Source: Pyrodictiaceae archaeon (GTDB taxonomy: Archaea; Thermoproteota; Thermoprotei_A; Sulfolobales; Pyrodictiaceae). From it: 64,000 nt of DNA. The DNA lies in contig JALVSY010000016.1 of assembly GCA_027036135.1 (NCBI GenBank), forward strand, positions 192,001 through 256,000, in the 5' to 3' direction. Positions 61,359-64,000 of this stretch are shown in pieces. The position numbers and the translations under genes were made by a program. The notes under the pieces are model-generated. The model was not told where the DNA came from. It worked only from the letters and a program-made list of their open reading frames with translations, and ran no database searches. Numbering within the stretch: position 1 is the first letter of the stretch; each line of letters starts with the position of its first letter.

Positions 61359-61661
61359 TCATGGCTTTGAGCTTATGAGAGCTAGGTTCTCAGTCATCTT
61401 TATTCTCACTTCTATTCCTAAAGATTTGGATAGAGCCTTAGCTAAGTCCCGGACTGCTTTAAGCAACTGAACCGCTTTGGAAGGGTTAGCTAGCAAACGT
61501 AGAGGGAATTTTTCAATAATTATTTCGAGAACATTACCTTGTAGGCGCATCTTTCCCTCATACTCATCTACTTTCCAGTTAAACTCAATCATAGAGCTTG
61601 AGAGATCTATCTCACTAACTTTGCCATCGATCTCTATGCTTATATGCAGGCCTAGCACCAT
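61359..61661 (-). CDS. Hypothetical protein
   Basis: ORF only. Confidence 0.5.
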   Translation of the reverse strand: MVLGLHISIEIDGKVSEIDLSSSMIEFNWKVDEYEGKMRLQGNVLEIIIEKFPLRLLANPSKAVQLLKAVRDLAKALSKSLGIEVRIKMTENLALISSKP

Positions 61662-61755
61662 TCCACATCTTCCATCGACGCCGTGATATAGACTTGATTG
61701 ATTTCATATGCCTAAAAATATATTAATGAGACTTGATAGGACTAGAAGGAGCCGT

Positions 61756-61950
61756 TTATTGCTTTGTCTCTCCTTCCTTGTAAACGGTTCTTATAGTTAT
61801 TGTGCCAGATATATTTGATAGACTTATGTCTATTCTCTCTGGAGGCTTGTCAGCCTTGCTTAACATCTCAACAAACTTAGCTATTACCTGGTCGTCTAGG
61901 TTTGCCTCCATATTTATCTTTATAGTTGCCATGTGTTTTGCACCCCACAA
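61756..61950 (-). CDS. Small hypothetical protein
   Basis: ORF; likely start MATIK after GGGGTG. Confidence 0.5.
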   Translation of the reverse strand: MWGAKHMATIKINMEANLDDQVIAKFVEMLSKADKPPERIDISLSNISGTITIRTVYKEGETKQ

Positions 61951-62024
61951 ACTAGGCTCGCTTACACCCTCCGCGTTTCTTAGAGAGTATGATTAGTGGC
62001 CCCTTGTAAGTTTTGACTCGCTCT

Positions 62025-63341
62025 TCACTTAGCTACTTGTAGGAGAGGAGCCCATAGAGGAAGTGTTATCAAGTATTGAATGACGAGCGATAATATGGTG
62101 AATGGGATAGAGTATTTGAAGAAGGTCCGAGGCTTTACCCGATAGCCTGCTTTCTCCGCCATAGATATCGCGACATAAAGTGCTGGTGCGGCTGCTACTG
62201 TCATATTGCTTGCCAAGGTGGCTGACCACGCCATGCCCCAGTAGAGGGGCCACGCGTTTATTCCTGTCATTTTTGCTGCATCCCTTACCATATAGAGAAA
62301 TGTTAGGAGAAGCGCGTCATGCTCAACGATGGTTGCTAAGCCGGCCACAACCCAGTAGAACACAGTATAGGCTACAAAAGGCCCCGCTAATAAGAACCCC
62401 ATGATATGCCTTGCAGCACTCTCAAGGACGCCATTTGCTTCTAAGCCTCCTACTAGCCCGAACAGAGATGCATAGAAGAGGAGAGCACGCCACTCAACAT
62501 GGTTAAGTGCCTCCTCTATTGATACACCTCTGCCGCTTATTTTATTATGGAACTCGGCTATGAGAGCTGTAAACGCTGCCCCACTCATGGTGATGAAGCC
62601 CAATGGCACACCTAGAAGAGGCCTTACCGCCATACCTATCACTGTCGCCGTGAAACCAGCAATGCTTATCAACAAGACTGGCTTGTTTATCTTCTCTTCT
62701 AGCTCCCTGGACTCGATACTAACAATATTCATAGGCTCCTTCGATATAAACAACCAATACATAATAGCAACCACTAATAGGAATGTTATCGTTAATAGCG
62801 GGAAACTGCTTGGCCTCCCATGACTCCATATAAAGTCTAGGAACTCAGCACCGGCAACGCTGTGCAGTAATTGTGGCGGTAAATCTCCCATAAGGAGTGC
62901 TGTCCCCATGAAGTTTGCCGCAAAACCAACAAGGAGTATGGCTAGTACAGGGTCTGCCCTGGTCTTTCTAGCGGCTTCTATTACTATAGTGCCGAAGAGA
63001 AGTATAACCAAGACGTTATCGACGAGTATTGATACAAAGCCAGCTAGTATCACCATTGCCAATAGGAATAGGCGATAGCTACGTATGCGCCTCGCAACAG
63101 CGTCAACCACTAGTTCGGCAAAGCCTCCCTCTATCATGTAGCCAGTTATTATCCACATACCCAGCAAAGTAGCTATTACATTCCAATCAATCTTGTGAAA
63201 AGCCTCCAGCGGAGTATACTTAGTCAACACTATCATTAGTACAAGGCCTACAAGACCCATCACACTTTCATCAATTATCCTTAATACTATACCTGCGACG
63301 ACAAGTACGAAAAGAGCAGCGGCAAGGGCTTCTACGCTCAC
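62025..63341 (-). CDS. ArsB/NhaD/SLC13-type ion transporter
   Basis: IDWNVI, VDNV, ANFMGTALLMGDLP. Confidence 0.85.
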   Translation of the reverse strand: MSVEALAAALFVLVVAGIVLRIIDESVMGLVGLVLMIVLTKYTPLEAFHKIDWNVIATLLGMWIITGYMIEGGFAELVVDAVARRIRSYRLFLLAMVILAGFVSILVDNVLVILLFGTIVIEAARKTRADPVLAILLVGFAANFMGTALLMGDLPPQLLHSVAGAEFLDFIWSHGRPSSFPLLTITFLLVVAIMYWLFISKEPMNIVSIESRELEEKINKPVLLISIAGFTATVIGMAVRPLLGVPLGFITMSGAAFTALIAEFHNKISGRGVSIEEALNHVEWRALLFYASLFGLVGGLEANGVLESAARHIMGFLLAGPFVAYTVFYWVVAGLATIVEHDALLLTFLYMVRDAAKMTGINAWPLYWGMAWSATLASNMTVAAAPALYVAISMAEKAGYRVKPRTFFKYSIPFTILSLVIQYLITLPLWAPLLQVAK

Positions 63342-63528
63342 CTTTACCGCACCGCATAGCCTCTATTTAGTGGCTCCCAGCGTTCATGTGTAGCTTAGAT
63401 TTCTAATACTATTCGCCAGCCCATATTACAGTATTTCACTGCGCGTTAACAAGCTTAGAGAAATAGAAGAACGTCTTATATTGATGAGATGCTGGAGGAA
63501 TAAAAGAACAGAAGAACCAGTATTATGA

Positions 63529-64000
63529 TTAGTGACCCAGTAGGGCTAGTTCTAGTATCTTCTTTACCTCGATCTGTACATCTATTGGTAGCTTGTTTAT
63601 CACTGGCTCGAAGAACCCGTTCACTATTAGCCATGTAGCCTCGTCTTCATCGAAACCCATTAGTGCCAGGTAGTAGAGCTTCTCATAGCTTATTCTACCA
63701 ACGCTTGCCTCGTGGCTTAGCTCGGCGTCCTTCTCCTCTGTGCCTATTGCTGGTACTGTTATGCTCTTTGCCTTATCTCCTATTACTAATGTGTTACAGC
63801 TCATGAAGCCCGTGGCTCCCTTGGCCCCCCGCGCTGCATAGAGCATTCCGTTGAACTCCTCTACTGCCTCGTCCTTGACGACTGTTCTGTTGAGTATCTG
63901 TGCCGAGGTCTCTGGTGCCTCGTATCTTATGAGGGGGGCGCTGTGTACCCGCTGCTTATCACGGTATAGCGCTATGTTCTGTATTACGCCTCTGCTCTTT
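63529..64000 (-). CDS. SufB/SufD family Fe-S assembly protein, 3' part (truncated by window)
   Basis: Open frame to the window edge; SCNTL, SHEASVGRI, LYYL...G...A...IVNGF. Confidence 0.88.
   Translation of the reverse strand, partial: KSRGVIQNIALYRDKQRVHSAPLIRYEAPETSAQILNRTVVKDEAVEEFNGMLYAARGAKGATGFMSCNTLVIGDKAKSITVPAIGTEEKDAELSHEASVGRISYEKLYYLALMGFDEDEATWLIVNGFFEPVINKLPIDVQIEVKKILELALLGH

Noticed and set aside
1-64000. CRISPR array, rRNA or IS transposase
   Set aside because: No regularly spaced repeats, rRNA signatures or transposase motifs seen

Overview
Crenarchaeal chromosome segment, probably Desulfurococcales/Pyrodictiaceae-like (inferred from gene content, tRNA style, C/D sRNAs and SRP RNA). 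The left ~30 kb holds three mobile regions. (1) 1-8180 is an AT-richer island with a DISARM/Dpd-like module (adenine methyltransferase, SF2 helicase, DUF1998-like protein, PLD nuclease), ending at a degenerate tRNA 3' fragment. (2) 10534-27525 is a complete 16,920-bp integrated provirus-like element in tRNA-Leu(GAG), with 72-bp att repeats and a split SSV1-type integrase. It encodes a B251-like ATPase, a TGT/DpdA-like protein, a DUF3800 gene followed by a structured RNA, a membrane trypsin-like protease, and an apparent signal-peptidase-processed surface polyprotein. (3) ~28.97-30.48 kb is a decayed element upstream of tRNA-Val(CAC), carrying a basic protein gene and two tandem double-K-turn RNA hairpins. 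The rest is mostly housekeeping: speE, metal ABC transporter, SOR, pyk, kptA, hemB, SRP RNA flanked by a BHB motif, tldD/pmbA, a glycerol catabolism cluster and a partial SufB/D gene. All calls come from motif recognition by eye; no database searches were run.
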